Below are positions 9,948-20,444 of a stretch of 64,000 nucleotides of DNA, in pieces; position 1 is the stretch's first letter, and each line of letters begins with the position of its first letter. The notes under the pieces are model-generated. The model was not told the origin of the DNA. It saw only the letters and a program-made list of their open reading frames with translations, and did not search any database. The stretch covers positions 141,850-205,849 of the forward strand of contig CAVTQK010000024.1 in NCBI GenBank assembly GCA_963736855.1, read 5' to 3'. The position numbers were made by a program, and so were the translations under genes. Source of the stretch: an uncultured delta proteobacterium. GTDB taxonomy: Bacteria; Desulfobacterota; Desulfobacteria; Desulfobacterales; UBA2156.

Positions 9948-10577
9948 ATGGCTGAAAAGTACATCGTGAATCAGGGCGACTGCCTGTCCTCTATCGCCGC
10001 TGAGCGCGGGCTGTTCTGGCAGACGATCTGGAACGATCCGGCTAATTCGCGGCTTAAAAGCAAGCGGAAGGATCCCAACGTCCTCTGCCCCGGAGATGTG
10101 GTCATGCTTCACGATAAGAGGCCAAAGTCCGCCCCGGCTGCCACCGACCGCCGACACCGGTTCTGTCGCAAGGGCGTCCCGGAGAAACTCCTGCTCCAAA
10201 TCATCGAGGATGGACAGCCCAGGGCCAACGAGTCGTATACCCTCGATATAGATGGAGCTTTGATACAGGGAGTTACCGACGCGGAGGGGCGTGTCGAGGA
10301 GGCGATCCCTCCCAATGCCAAAAAGGCTCGTCTCTTGCTCGGGAATGAACAGACGGAATATCGGCTCGACCTTGGACACCTCGATCCCATCGACCTGTTA
10401 TCGGGAGTTCAGGCGCGCCTGAACAGCCTTGGCTACGACTGCGGCGTCGCTGATGGTACTCCTGGACCCAGAACCGAAGCCGCCTTAAAGCGCTTCCAGC
10501 AGGAACACTCATTAACGGAATCCGGGACCGCCGACCAACAAACCCAACAAAAACTCCGCGAGGTATACGGGCGCTAA
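9948..10577 (+). CDS. LysM-domain protein with C-terminal peptidoglycan-binding domain
   Basis: N-terminal YIVNQGDCLSSIA..PNVLCPGD (LysM) and C-terminal GVQARLNSLGY..DG..GPRTEAALKRFQ..L..SG (PG_binding_1); no signal peptide. Confidence 0.85.
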   Translation: MAEKYIVNQGDCLSSIAAERGLFWQTIWNDPANSRLKSKRKDPNVLCPGDVVMLHDKRPKSAPAATDRRHRFCRKGVPEKLLLQIIEDGQPRANESYTLDIDGALIQGVTDAEGRVEEAIPPNAKKARLLLGNEQTEYRLDLGHLDPIDLLSGVQARLNSLGYDCGVADGTPGPRTEAALKRFQQEHSLTESGTADQQTQQKLREVYGR

Positions 10578-10587
10578 TTCTTTCGCG

Positions 10588-12018
10588 ATGAGTCTCTACG
10601 TAAAGATTATCGACGGAACGACCACCCGTGTGGTCGCTCCGTTGGAGGTTCTCAATTGGGATGGCAGTCGCTGGGCCACCCCGCCGGAGAAGCGAATCCT
10701 CGTTAAGATCCACGACGTTAATAGGGACGTCTGGATATCGCCCGATGAGTTTCGCGACGACCACTACTTCTTCAGTCAGCGTTTCTCCGACGTCACGGCC
10801 CGCCGCTACGAGATCTACCATCCCAGATACCCTAAACAACGCCTCACCGTGTCACCTGGCGGTTCAACGCATTACGTGGCCCGCTCCGCTCCGCAACAGC
10901 AGATCACCTCAGGAAGCCATCGAATCGAAGTACGGCTCACGCCGCATCATCTCGTGCCTTTCACGGGTCGCGACCGATTCGTCTTCGGAGCGAACCTTGC
11001 GTGGCTCGATGGCCAGTACGATCATGATTTCGGATCCAACTTTTTGTATACCCCAGCACGCTCCGCTTACCTGGATCCCACTCATACGGATTACCGAATC
11101 CGGTTGCAAAATCTCGAAACGTACTTTGAACATATGAGGAAAGGATTTGAGTGCAGGGTGGTCAGGGTCTGGGTTTTCGAGGGGTGGGAGGGATTGATCC
11201 ACAGCGGAAGTACTGTGGCCATGGATGCCGTCCTCCAGACGAGTGTTCAGAAGATACTGGAAATCGCCGAAATCAAGGACCTCTACATCTATTGGTGCTT
11301 GCTAACCTCCAAACCTGAACACCGGGCCTTTCCCATGGACTCGTGGATTATCAACAGTGCGAGAAATCCGGGATCAAGTCCGTTTCTCAATCGCGCCTTG
11401 CTGTCATTTTGCCTGGCCATTCAAGGTCATCCTCGGACGTTCGCCATTGATGTCATGAACGAACCAGAGAAGTATGTTGCCCGTGGAAATGTGAGCTGGG
11501 ATGTGATGCGCACGTACATTAGGGAAAGTTGTCGTAAAATTAAGGGCTACTTGGGACAATCGGTGCTCGTCTCATGTGGAAGTAAGGGGACGGGGTGGGT
11601 AGGGGAAACGACGTTTGTCGAAACCATGAGAAATTATATTGGACTGGGATTGGATTTTTACGACTTTCATATCTATAACGACACGGGCGATTTGCCCATG
11701 AGTTATGATAATCTCTATAAGGAACTGCATACGGCAACACAACTGCTGGACAAACCTTGTATTGTCGGGGAGTGCGGCCAAAAGAGAACGGGTTTCCTCG
11801 ATGACTTTCAGAAGGGAGTTGTCACGAATTTCATGCAGCAAGCATGGCATCTGGGCTTCGGTGGATGCCTGGTCTGGAATTACAACTATAACAACTTCGA
11901 GTACGTCAAGAGGAATATTGATCACTACCACTCTCTCATTTATCGCAACGGTTCCGCCAGACCGGTCGCTGGGCCGATGAGTGCCTTTGCCGGGAATTAT
12001 GGGGCCTATATGCTGTAG
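10588..12018 (+). CDS. Clan GH-A (GH5-like) glycoside hydrolase with uncharacterised N-terminal domain
   Basis: GANLAW..YDHDFG, VRVWVFE, acid/base NEPE, LDFYDFHIY, nucleophile KPCIVGECG and a terminal W motif. Confidence 0.75.
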   Translation: MSLYVKIIDGTTTRVVAPLEVLNWDGSRWATPPEKRILVKIHDVNRDVWISPDEFRDDHYFFSQRFSDVTARRYEIYHPRYPKQRLTVSPGGSTHYVARSAPQQQITSGSHRIEVRLTPHHLVPFTGRDRFVFGANLAWLDGQYDHDFGSNFLYTPARSAYLDPTHTDYRIRLQNLETYFEHMRKGFECRVVRVWVFEGWEGLIHSGSTVAMDAVLQTSVQKILEIAEIKDLYIYWCLLTSKPEHRAFPMDSWIINSARNPGSSPFLNRALLSFCLAIQGHPRTFAIDVMNEPEKYVARGNVSWDVMRTYIRESCRKIKGYLGQSVLVSCGSKGTGWVGETTFVETMRNYIGLGLDFYDFHIYNDTGDLPMSYDNLYKELHTATQLLDKPCIVGECGQKRTGFLDDFQKGVVTNFMQQAWHLGFGGCLVWNYNYNNFEYVKRNIDHYHSLIYRNGSARPVAGPMSAFAGNYGAYML

Positions 12019-12054
12019 GGGAGCCAACGAGCATGGAAGTGGAGTGTTGGAGAG

Positions 12055-12417
12055 ATGGCTGAAGAGTACATGGTGAAACAAGGCGATTGCATCGAGAGTA
12101 TCGCTTTCCGGCGTGGATTGCTCCGGAAGAAGATCTGGAACGTCGGGGCGAATACGGCCTTGAAGACGGAGCGGAAGGGTCCGAACGTGCCTCTGCTCGG
12201 AGACAAGCTAACCATCCCACCGATCCAAGCCAGGAAAGAAGCGGATGCGACCGAGCAGCGCCATGTGTTCCGGTGGCGCGATGTGCCATCGAAGATGAAG
12301 CTGCGGTTTCTGACCGATGACCATAAACCCAGGGCCAATGAGCCGCATGCCCTGCAAATCGAGGGTGAGTTGTCGAGCGGGGCGCTCGACGTGGAGATCC
12401 CCATCCTCAGGAGATGA
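12055..12417 (+). pseudogene. Truncated paralogue of the LysM protein
   Basis: Aligns with 9948..10577 over ~105 aa (MAE.Y.V.QGDC..SIA, IWN..AN..LK..RK.PNV, AT..RH.F, PRANE) but lacks the PG-binding domain. Confidence 0.75.
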
Positions 12418-12609
12418 GGGTAATGGGGTCATCATAGAACGTTGTCGATACATTTTTGAACAGAGATGAAATCCGGTTGACCTCCTTTCTGAAGTTTTGG
12501 TGGTTTTTTCGATCGGCGGTTCGTTTTACCACGATGGCATCTTTCAACCCCTGATGACTGATGTAGGTGTCTGTGGTGTTTCTCTGATAAGGGCTGCTAA
12601 AGTTGAGTA

Positions 12610-12736
12610 AAAAGCTTCGCTGAACTTTACTGCTACGCAAAATGCATTTTCCGACACATTTGACCTATTCTTTAGCGAAGCTTTTGGCGAAAAAAAAGGA
12701 ATTGGAAAAGATTTCCCAAGTCCTTGATTTTATTGA
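12610..12736. other. att-like region flanking the tRNA-Leu 3' end, with an inverted repeat
   Basis: AAAAGCTTCGCTGAA (12610-12624) is a 14/15 inverted match to TTTAGCGAAGCTTTT (12671-12685); AAGTCCTTGATTTTATTGA lies directly beside the tRNA CCA end. Confidence 0.45.
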
Positions 12737-12821
12737 TGGTGCCGAAGGCCGGACTTGAACCGGCACGGGTCTCCCCACTACCCCCTCAAGATAGCGTGTC
12801 TACCAGTTCCACCACTTCGGC
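12737..12821 (-). tRNA. tRNA-Leu (GAG)
   Basis: Reverse complement GCCGAAGTGGTGGAACTGGTAGACACGCTATCTTGAGGGGGTAG...GGTTCAAGTCCGGCCTTCGGCACCA: cloverleaf with long variable arm and encoded CCA; classic position after secG. Confidence 0.97.
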
Positions 12822-12831
12822 ACAAAGGATT

Positions 12832-13215
12832 TCATTTCTGCGGGGTTTCCATCGGGGTGCCCTGTTGGGTCGCGGCGGCCGGTTGGCTGTCGGTTGGGGC
12901 CGGCGCAGCCGGTGCATCAGGCACTGCCGGAGCGCTTTGTTCCATTGGCGCTTTTTCCTGGGTCATGATGGATGTGTCGGTCCGCGGACCGGCGGTGATG
13001 TAAGCCAGTGTCAGGGAGGTGATCATGAAAATGATTGCCGCAATGGTCGTCGCTTTGCTCAAGAACGTGGAAGCACCGGTGCTGCCGAACAGGGTCTGAC
13101 TGGCTCCTCCGCCGAACGCGGCGCCCATGTCCGCTCCTTTGCCGGTTTGCAGCAGCACGATCATGATCAGCGCCACGCACACAATCACATGCAGTACAAT
13201 AATCAAGGTTGTCAT
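12832..13215 (-). CDS. secG: Preprotein translocase subunit SecG
   Basis: VLLQTGKGADMGAAFGGGASQTLFGS motif, two TMs, after tpiA. Confidence 0.97.
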   Translation of the reverse strand: MTTLIIVLHVIVCVALIMIVLLQTGKGADMGAAFGGGASQTLFGSTGASTFLSKATTIAAIIFMITSLTLAYITAGPRTDTSIMTQEKAPMEQSAPAVPDAPAAPAPTDSQPAAATQQGTPMETPQK

Positions 13216-13231
13216 ATGACTCAATCCGCCT

Positions 13232-13990
13232 CTAATATCTGATGATTTTTAAAAACGTCTCCGGATTCAGGCTCGCCCCGCCCACGAGGCCACCGTCCAC
13301 ATCGGGCATCGCCATGAGTTCGGCGATGTTGTCGGGTTTTACGCTTCCGCCGTAAAGGATTCGCACACCATCGGCGGTCTCCTGGTCGATGGCCTTTGCA
13401 ATCCAATTCCGAACAAAGGCATGCACCTCCTGTGCCTGGTCGCTGGTGGCGGTTTTCCCGGTTCCGATGGCCCAGACCGGCTCATAGGCCACGACCCAGG
13501 CTTCCGGATTATCTAAAACCAAACTTTTTAAACCATTGGAAAGCTGTTTGTCAAGTACAGAAAAGGTTTCACCGGCCTCACGTTGGGGTTCGGTTTCACC
13601 AATGCATATAACAGGAATCAAACCGGCATCAATAGCGGCCTTGCATTTTTTATTGACCTTTTCGTCCGTCTCCCCAAAATATTGGCGCCTTTCAGAATGT
13701 CCGATGATGACGAAACGACATCCGGCAGAGACCAGCATAGGCCCCGATATTTCGCCGGTGTAAGCTCCTTCTTTTTCCCAGAACAGGTTCTGGGCGCCCA
13801 GCGCGACGCGGGTTCCCTTGAGCACTTCAGATACGGCGGTCAGGGCGGTGAAAGGTGGAGCGATCATCACCTGGGCGCCTCCATCTCGGTCGGCGAGCTT
13901 TTTAGCCAGCGAACCGGCGGATTCCACGGCCTCGGCAACGGTTTTGAACATTTTCCAGTTTCCGGCAATCAACGGAATTCGTTTCTTCAT
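13232..13990 (-). CDS. tpiA: Triosephosphate isomerase
   Basis: AGNWKM, GHSERR, AYEPVWAIGTG, LYGGSV and LVGGASL motifs. Confidence 0.98.
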   Translation of the reverse strand: MKKRIPLIAGNWKMFKTVAEAVESAGSLAKKLADRDGGAQVMIAPPFTALTAVSEVLKGTRVALGAQNLFWEKEGAYTGEISGPMLVSAGCRFVIIGHSERRQYFGETDEKVNKKCKAAIDAGLIPVICIGETEPQREAGETFSVLDKQLSNGLKSLVLDNPEAWVVAYEPVWAIGTGKTATSDQAQEVHAFVRNWIAKAIDQETADGVRILYGGSVKPDNIAELMAMPDVDGGLVGGASLNPETFLKIIRY

Positions 13991-14030
13991 GAGCTCTCCG
14001 TTTCTATCGATCCTGAATGGTCATTCAAGC

Positions 14031-15066
<1,036 letters not shown>

Positions 15067-15176
15067 TTATACCGTTATACCGTATTTGCGCGAATCGGTG
15101 TATGGTACCTCTTCTTGCTATTAAACCCCGAAGCATTGGTTGCCTTTAATGCTCCGGGACGGAGTTGGAAAATCGG

Positions 15177-15590
15177 TTAGCTGCGTTTGTTTCCCCTTAA
15201 AATGCCGCTGGCCAGGGAAATGCTTTTTTTCCCGAACTCTTCGAGATATTTCCCCAACTTTCCAAGTTCCATCTGACTGCGGGCGTCCACAGCCTTGATT
15301 ACCAGGGGAAGGTTGACCCCTGTTAAAACGTCCACGCGTCCTTCCTCCAGAAAGGAGTAGCTGAGGTTGGAAGGAGAACCGCCGAACATGTCCGTTAAGA
15401 TCAATATGCCTTTTTTCCGATCGACCTTCTTGATGCCGTCCGAGATTTTTGCCCTGAGTTTATCAACCGGTTCATTGATATTGATAGAGACCGCTAAAAC
15501 GGACTCCGGCAGACCGCTTAGTATGGACGAAGCCGCTTCAATCAGCGCTTCTCCCAGTTGGCCATGGGTGACGATGACGATTCCGATCAT
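15177..15590 (-). CDS. PTS mannose/fructose-type IIA component
   Basis: IVIVTHG, LTDMFGGSPSN and GVNLP motifs. Confidence 0.93.
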   Translation of the reverse strand: MIGIVIVTHGQLGEALIEAASSILSGLPESVLAVSININEPVDKLRAKISDGIKKVDRKKGILILTDMFGGSPSNLSYSFLEEGRVDVLTGVNLPLVIKAVDARSQMELGKLGKYLEEFGKKSISLASGILRGNKRS

Positions 15591-15679
15591 GGTTTTCCTG
15601 CCTGATAATACTGTTTATCTGCGATGGCGCTGATGGTCATGCTCACAAGGGATTTTCTTTATAACCTTGCCGTCGTGGT

Positions 15680-16543
15680 TCATCGGTCGATGTCGCGGTG
15701 CGTAACCTTAACTTTTCGTTTCGATCGCTCAATGTGTTCGCCGATTTCGTTGGCGACGGTCACTGAACGATGGCGACCGCCGGTGCACCCCAGGGCGATG
15801 GTTAAATTGGACCTTCCGTCTTTCTCATATAATGGGATCAAATAGTCAAGTAGATCTAAACATCTTTTCAAAAAATCCTGAGTTACAGCCGAATCCAGAA
15901 CGTAGCGTTTTACAGATTCGTCATCTCCGGAAAGAGACTTGAGTTCGGGAACGAAGTACGGATTCGGAATGAACCGGACATCCATGACCAGGTCCGCCTG
16001 GGGCGGCAAGCCGTATTTATAACCAAAAGATTCCACGTGAATTCTTACCGGTAAAAAGTTTTCGGCATTTTCCAAAAGAGAAAACAGGGCCGATTTAAGC
16101 TGGTGAAGATTTAGGTTTGATGTGTCGATGATCTGATCCGCCTCTTTCTTCAAAGGTTCCAGCTGGACCCTTTCAGACCGGATGCTTTCCAAGAGATTTT
16201 TATCCCTCGCAAGGGGATGCTGCCGCCGGGTCAGACCGTATCGTTCAAGCAGCACCTTCTCGTTTGCTTCCAGGAAAAGGATATTGAATTTGTATCCTTT
16301 TTCTTTCAAGGATTCGAGAACCGAGGCATAGGTCGGCAGGAAACGCTTTTCCCGGATATCCATGCCGAAGGCCAGGCCGGCGATATCTGTTTCAATTTCG
16401 ATGGGTAATTCCAGGAATTTAGGGAGCAAGGCGATGGGTAGGTTGTCCACGCAAAAAAACCCCGCATCTTCGAAGGCATTCAATGCAGTGCTTTTCCCGG
16501 ATCCGGAAAGACCGGTGATGATGAAAATCTTCAACCGATTCAT
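15680..16543 (-). CDS. rapZ: RNase adapter RapZ (YhbJ family)
   Basis: GLSGSGKS, VDNLP, SFGYKYG, DVRFIPNP, GCTGGRHRSV and HRDI motifs. Confidence 0.96.
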   Translation of the reverse strand: MNRLKIFIITGLSGSGKSTALNAFEDAGFFCVDNLPIALLPKFLELPIEIETDIAGLAFGMDIREKRFLPTYASVLESLKEKGYKFNILFLEANEKVLLERYGLTRRQHPLARDKNLLESIRSERVQLEPLKKEADQIIDTSNLNLHQLKSALFSLLENAENFLPVRIHVESFGYKYGLPPQADLVMDVRFIPNPYFVPELKSLSGDDESVKRYVLDSAVTQDFLKRCLDLLDYLIPLYEKDGRSNLTIALGCTGGRHRSVTVANEIGEHIERSKRKVKVTHRDIDR

Positions 16544-16615
16544 GATATACCCGTCTCAGGGCAATCGATCCAGACCCCTGATGAGTACCCATTTGCGGAA
16601 TGCATGCAAAAGCGC

Positions 16616-17074
16616 TTAAAATTCCTCATCGTGTTCCCGGATGATGTTCAGCACTTCTTCCCGGTCGGCAGCATTGAAAAGGCGTTCTTTGACGGATTCA
16701 TCCTTGAGCAGCTTTGAGATCCGAGCCAGAAGCTTAAGGTGAACGCCGGTAGAATTTTCCGGCGTGAGCAGTAGAAAGAAGATGTGAGAAGGGCGATTGT
16801 CCATGGACTCGAAATCCACCCCTTTTCTGCTTAACCCGAAACCGAGGATCAACGTATCGAGTCCCTTCATCTTTCCATGAGGAATGGCGATGCCGCCACC
16901 GATTCCGGTGCTTCCCAACCGTTCCCGGTCCATCAGGATTTTCACCAGTTCATTGCGGTCGATACGGGTGATCCCGGTGACAGGCTCCACCAGTTCTTCC
17001 AGGACCCCCTTCTTGTCCATGGATTTCAGGTCGACAAGGACGGCGTCTTTGAACAGTACATCCAGAATTTTCAT
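16616..17074 (-). CDS. ptsN: PTS IIA nitrogen-regulatory type
   Basis: RERLGSTGIGGGIAIPH and HLKLLARIS; in the rpoN operon. Confidence 0.92.
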   Translation of the reverse strand: MKILDVLFKDAVLVDLKSMDKKGVLEELVEPVTGITRIDRNELVKILMDRERLGSTGIGGGIAIPHGKMKGLDTLILGFGLSRKGVDFESMDNRPSHIFFLLLTPENSTGVHLKLLARISKLLKDESVKERLFNAADREEVLNIIREHDEEF

Positions 17075-17112
17075 GGCGTGGAAACCCTATCGTCTCTTTT
17101 TTGGTTTCGCAA

Positions 17113-17646
17113 TCAGCTGCTCGGCTGGATCAGACCGAGGTGCCCGTCGTTGCGCCGGTATAGTACGTTGATCTGCTCAGTCCGGGCGTTGGTGAAAACA
17201 AAAAAGTTATTTTGGGTTACCTCCATTTGCATGACCGCTTCTTCCACATCCATGGGTTTATAATCAACGTATTGAACCTTGATGAGTCTTTCTCCTCCAT
17301 CGGATTCCGAAGCGGTAGCCTCACCGCTGAACTCTTTGAGTTTGCTCTTTAATTTACCTTTTCTTTCACGAATCTTTTCTTTGCTCTTTTTGATTTGTTT
17401 TTCCAACTTATCAAAAGTCAAGTCGATGGCGGCGTACATGTCGCCGGCTTCTTCCTTAGCGATGATGTTCATGCGGTCGCCGGATATGCTGATTTCAGCG
17501 ATATGCCGATGTTTTTCCACCGAAAGAACCACTACGGCGGATGCCGGGTTGTCCAGATATTTGTCGAGGCGATCCAACTTTTCCCCGGCGTAGTTTTTGA
17601 GGTTCTCTGAAGGGTCGATGTTTTTAAAAGTTACGGCAATTTGCAT
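17113..17646 (-). CDS. hpf: Long-form ribosome hibernation promoting factor (RaiA/HPF)
   Basis: DMYAAID, KPMDVEEAVMQM and NVLYRRNDG motifs. Confidence 0.95.
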   Translation of the reverse strand: MQIAVTFKNIDPSENLKNYAGEKLDRLDKYLDNPASAVVVLSVEKHRHIAEISISGDRMNIIAKEEAGDMYAAIDLTFDKLEKQIKKSKEKIRERKGKLKSKLKEFSGEATASESDGGERLIKVQYVDYKPMDVEEAVMQMEVTQNNFFVFTNARTEQINVLYRRNDGHLGLIQPSS

Positions 17647-17668
17647 GATCAGACCTCCCTGTGCGATT

Positions 17669-19105
17669 TCACCAAGGCTGCTTTCGCATGTTCGATGGCA
17701 GTATTTTCATCACTTCGCGATATTTTGCAACGGTCCTTCGGGCGATGTTGATGTTGTCGTCCTTGAGAATTTCAACGATTTTGCTGTCGCTGAACGGTTT
17801 TTTCGAGCTTTCATTCTCGATAACACGACGGATTTTTTCCTGAACGCTGGCGGAAGCCAGCGCTTCTCCGTCAAAGCGGCTGATAGGGCTGTTGAAGAAA
17901 AATTTCAGTTCGAAGATCCCCTGCGGTGTGTAGGCGTACTTGTTGTTGGTCACCCGGCTGATGGTGGACTCGTGCATGCTGATATCCCGAGCGACGTCCC
18001 TGAGCACCATGGGTTTTAAATGCGCGATTCCTTTTTCAAAAAAATCCTTTTGAAAACCGAGAATGCTCTTCATGACCCTGTATATGGTTTTCTGACGTTG
18101 GTGAATGCTCCGAATGAGCCAGGTTGCAGACCGCATTTTTTCCTGAATATACTCCCGTTCTTTTTCACCGATGGATCTTCCCCGAGCGATCGCATTGCGG
18201 TAATAGGAATTGATTTTGAGCCGCGGGAGTCCGTCATCGTTGAGCACGATGATAAGCTCATCATCGATTTTATAAACATAGATATCGGGGATGATGTATC
18301 GCGGTTCCTCTTCGCTGAATTGCCGACCGGGTTTGGGCTCGAGTCCCTGGATGACCTTGACGGCGGCAAGGACATCCTTGAGGTCCACCTTTAGGGCCTT
18401 GGAGACGGCTTTGTAGTTCTTGTTTTCCAGGTGATGCAGGTGTTCCCTGATGAGTACCGAAACAATGGTGTTGTCCAGATCCAGTTTGGAGGCCTGGATG
18501 AGCAGACACTCCCGGAGATTTCTCGCGCAAACGCCAACGGGATCGAAGTTCTGCATGCGGGAAAGTACCTGGGCGACTTGTTCGGCCGGAGCACCGCTCA
18601 TCTGCACCAGATCGTCCAGGGTAACTTCCAAATAGCCGTCCAGATTCAAATTGCCGATGATGAGGCTGCCGATCTTTTCATCTTCCGGGGAAGGGGATGT
18701 CATCAAGAGTTGCCACAGGAGATGGTCTTTCAGGGTTCTTTTTTGGGCGGTGAAAGATTCAAGGTTGATCTCTTCTTTCTTTTCCCCCTCGAAATAAATC
18801 TGGCCGGGCGTGTTGTATTCGTCGATGTAGTTGTTCCAATCGATGTCGTCCCGGATCCGTTCTTCGATGGTGACCTCTTTAGCTGTCAACGTCTCTTCGG
18901 GTTCGAAGCCATCCTGTTCCGGCTCGATGTCCTGCACGGCGGTATCCTGGGATTCTTCCAGGGCCGGATTCTCCACCATCTCCTGGCGGATGACATCCAT
19001 CAGCTCTAAACGGGAAAGCTGAAGCAGTTTAATGGCCATCTGGAGCTGGGGCGTCATCACCAACTGCTGGGATAATCTTAATTGTTGACTGAGCTTGAGG
19101 GCCAT
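17669..19105 (-). CDS. rpoN: RNA polymerase sigma-54 factor
   Basis: QQLVMTPQLQMAIKLLQL, HESTISR and the RpoN box ARRTVAKYRE; start ATG 19105. Confidence 0.98.
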   Translation of the reverse strand: MALKLSQQLRLSQQLVMTPQLQMAIKLLQLSRLELMDVIRQEMVENPALEESQDTAVQDIEPEQDGFEPEETLTAKEVTIEERIRDDIDWNNYIDEYNTPGQIYFEGEKKEEINLESFTAQKRTLKDHLLWQLLMTSPSPEDEKIGSLIIGNLNLDGYLEVTLDDLVQMSGAPAEQVAQVLSRMQNFDPVGVCARNLRECLLIQASKLDLDNTIVSVLIREHLHHLENKNYKAVSKALKVDLKDVLAAVKVIQGLEPKPGRQFSEEEPRYIIPDIYVYKIDDELIIVLNDDGLPRLKINSYYRNAIARGRSIGEKEREYIQEKMRSATWLIRSIHQRQKTIYRVMKSILGFQKDFFEKGIAHLKPMVLRDVARDISMHESTISRVTNNKYAYTPQGIFELKFFFNSPISRFDGEALASASVQEKIRRVIENESSKKPFSDSKIVEILKDDNINIARRTVAKYREVMKILPSNMRKQPW

Positions 19106-19106
19106 T

Positions 19107-19829
19107 TTAAAGCCTGAATTCGTCTCCCAGGTAGAGTTTGCGGGCAATCTCGCTGGAGGCGACTTTATCCGGTGTGCCGGATTCCATCACCTCGCCGTTG
19201 TTAAGGATGTATGCCTGGTCGCAGATGCCAAGAGTCTCCCGGACATTGTGATCCGTGATCAAGATGCCGATCCCCCGCTCTTTAAGGTGCGAGATGATAT
19301 TCTTGATGTCGATGACCGCCAGGGGGTCGATTCCTGAAAAAGGTTCGTCCAGCAATATGAATGAAGGACTCGAGGCCAGGGATCGGCTGATCTCGAGACG
19401 GCGTTGCTCTCCTCCCGAAAGGGATCCCGCTTTTTGGCCGGAAAGATGCCGGATACCCAGTTCATCCAGGAACCGGTCGGCCCGTTCTTCCTGCTGAGCC
19501 TGGCTAAGCGGTTGCGCTTCCAACACCAGCAGGACGTTTTCCTTGACGGAAAGCTTCCGGAAGGTGGAAGGCTCTTGTGGGAGGTAGCCGATCCCTTTTC
19601 GGGCCCGGATATACATAGGATCGTCCGTAATTTCCTCGTCATTGAGGCGGACGTGCCCATGATCCGGCTTGATCATTCCCACCGTCATGTAGAAGGTGGT
19701 CGTTTTACCGGCGCCGTTGGGGCCCAAAAGTCCTACCACACTTCCACTTTCAACTGTGAGGCTCACATCTTTGACCACCCTGCGGCCAAAGTACGATTTA
19801 CCCAGATCGTTTAACGCCAAGACAGGCAC
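19107..19829 (-). CDS. lptB: LPS export ABC transporter ATPase
   Basis: GPNGAGKTT, GYLPQE, LSGGE, LDEPF and ITDHNVRETL motifs. Confidence 0.97.
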   Translation of the reverse strand: MPVLALNDLGKSYFGRRVVKDVSLTVESGSVVGLLGPNGAGKTTTFYMTVGMIKPDHGHVRLNDEEITDDPMYIRARKGIGYLPQEPSTFRKLSVKENVLLVLEAQPLSQAQQEERADRFLDELGIRHLSGQKAGSLSGGEQRRLEISRSLASSPSFILLDEPFSGIDPLAVIDIKNIISHLKERGIGILITDHNVRETLGICDQAYILNNGEVMESGTPDKVASSEIARKLYLGDEFRL

Positions 19830-19871
19830 TACCGTCCTCCGTCAAAGATACGATCGTTTTAGGCCATTTGA

Positions 19872-20444
19872 TCAATTCAACCCCTTTCCTTTTTGATAAA
19901 AAACAGCTTCTACCCTGCCTTTGTTTCCACTTTCCACCTGGATCCGGCCATCCTCCCGATACAGGGTAATTTTTTCCCCGGTTACGGTATTCTTACCGCT
20001 GGTGATGCTCGAATTGGGACCGGTCAGGATCAAAATCCGGGAATCGGTAATGTATATAGCCTTTTCCGCCTTTGCAACCCTGTTGTCGAATTCGATCACC
20101 ACGTTTCCATTCGACTCCATTTTCTGAATCGATTCTTCTCCTGCGCCTTGAGATTCTACGCTTTTAAGATCGCTCTTGTAGAAAACCTTCAGCCGATCCG
20201 CCGTGATAACAGTAGTTCCTTGGATTGCACGGACGTTTCCGATGAATTCGGCAAAACGGGCGTTGTTGTCCGAAAAGAGGCTGTCCGAGGTGATGTGGGT
20301 CACGTTTTCAGACGTCTGAGCGTCGGAGGTGGGTTCATCGCCTGCTAAAATGCCTGTCGTAAAAAAAAGAAAGAGGATCACGATCAATGCCGTTATCGGA
20401 AAGGCGAGTCGGAGATGCTTTCGATTAAAGAGAGAGGGTGTCAT
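19872..20444 (-). CDS. lptA: LPS transport periplasmic protein (OstA family)
   Basis: F.GNV.A.QG..I.AD.L, GNV and GEKI motifs; between lptC and lptB; start uncertain. Confidence 0.85.
   Translation of the reverse strand: MTPSLFNRKHLRLAFPITALIVILFLFFTTGILAGDEPTSDAQTSENVTHITSDSLFSDNNARFAEFIGNVRAIQGTTVITADRLKVFYKSDLKSVESQGAGEESIQKMESNGNVVIEFDNRVAKAEKAIYITDSRILILTGPNSSITSGKNTVTGEKITLYREDGRIQVESGNKGRVEAVFYQKGKGLN

Noticed and set aside
9723..10379. 218-aa minus-strand ORF
   Set aside because: Overlaps the motif-bearing LysM gene on the opposite strand
12407..12640. 77-aa minus-strand ORF next to the tRNA as a possible integrase remnant
   Set aside because: No tyrosine recombinase motifs; cannot be assigned
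12724..13242. 172-aa plus-strand ORF
   Set aside because: Antisense shadow of tRNA-Leu and secG
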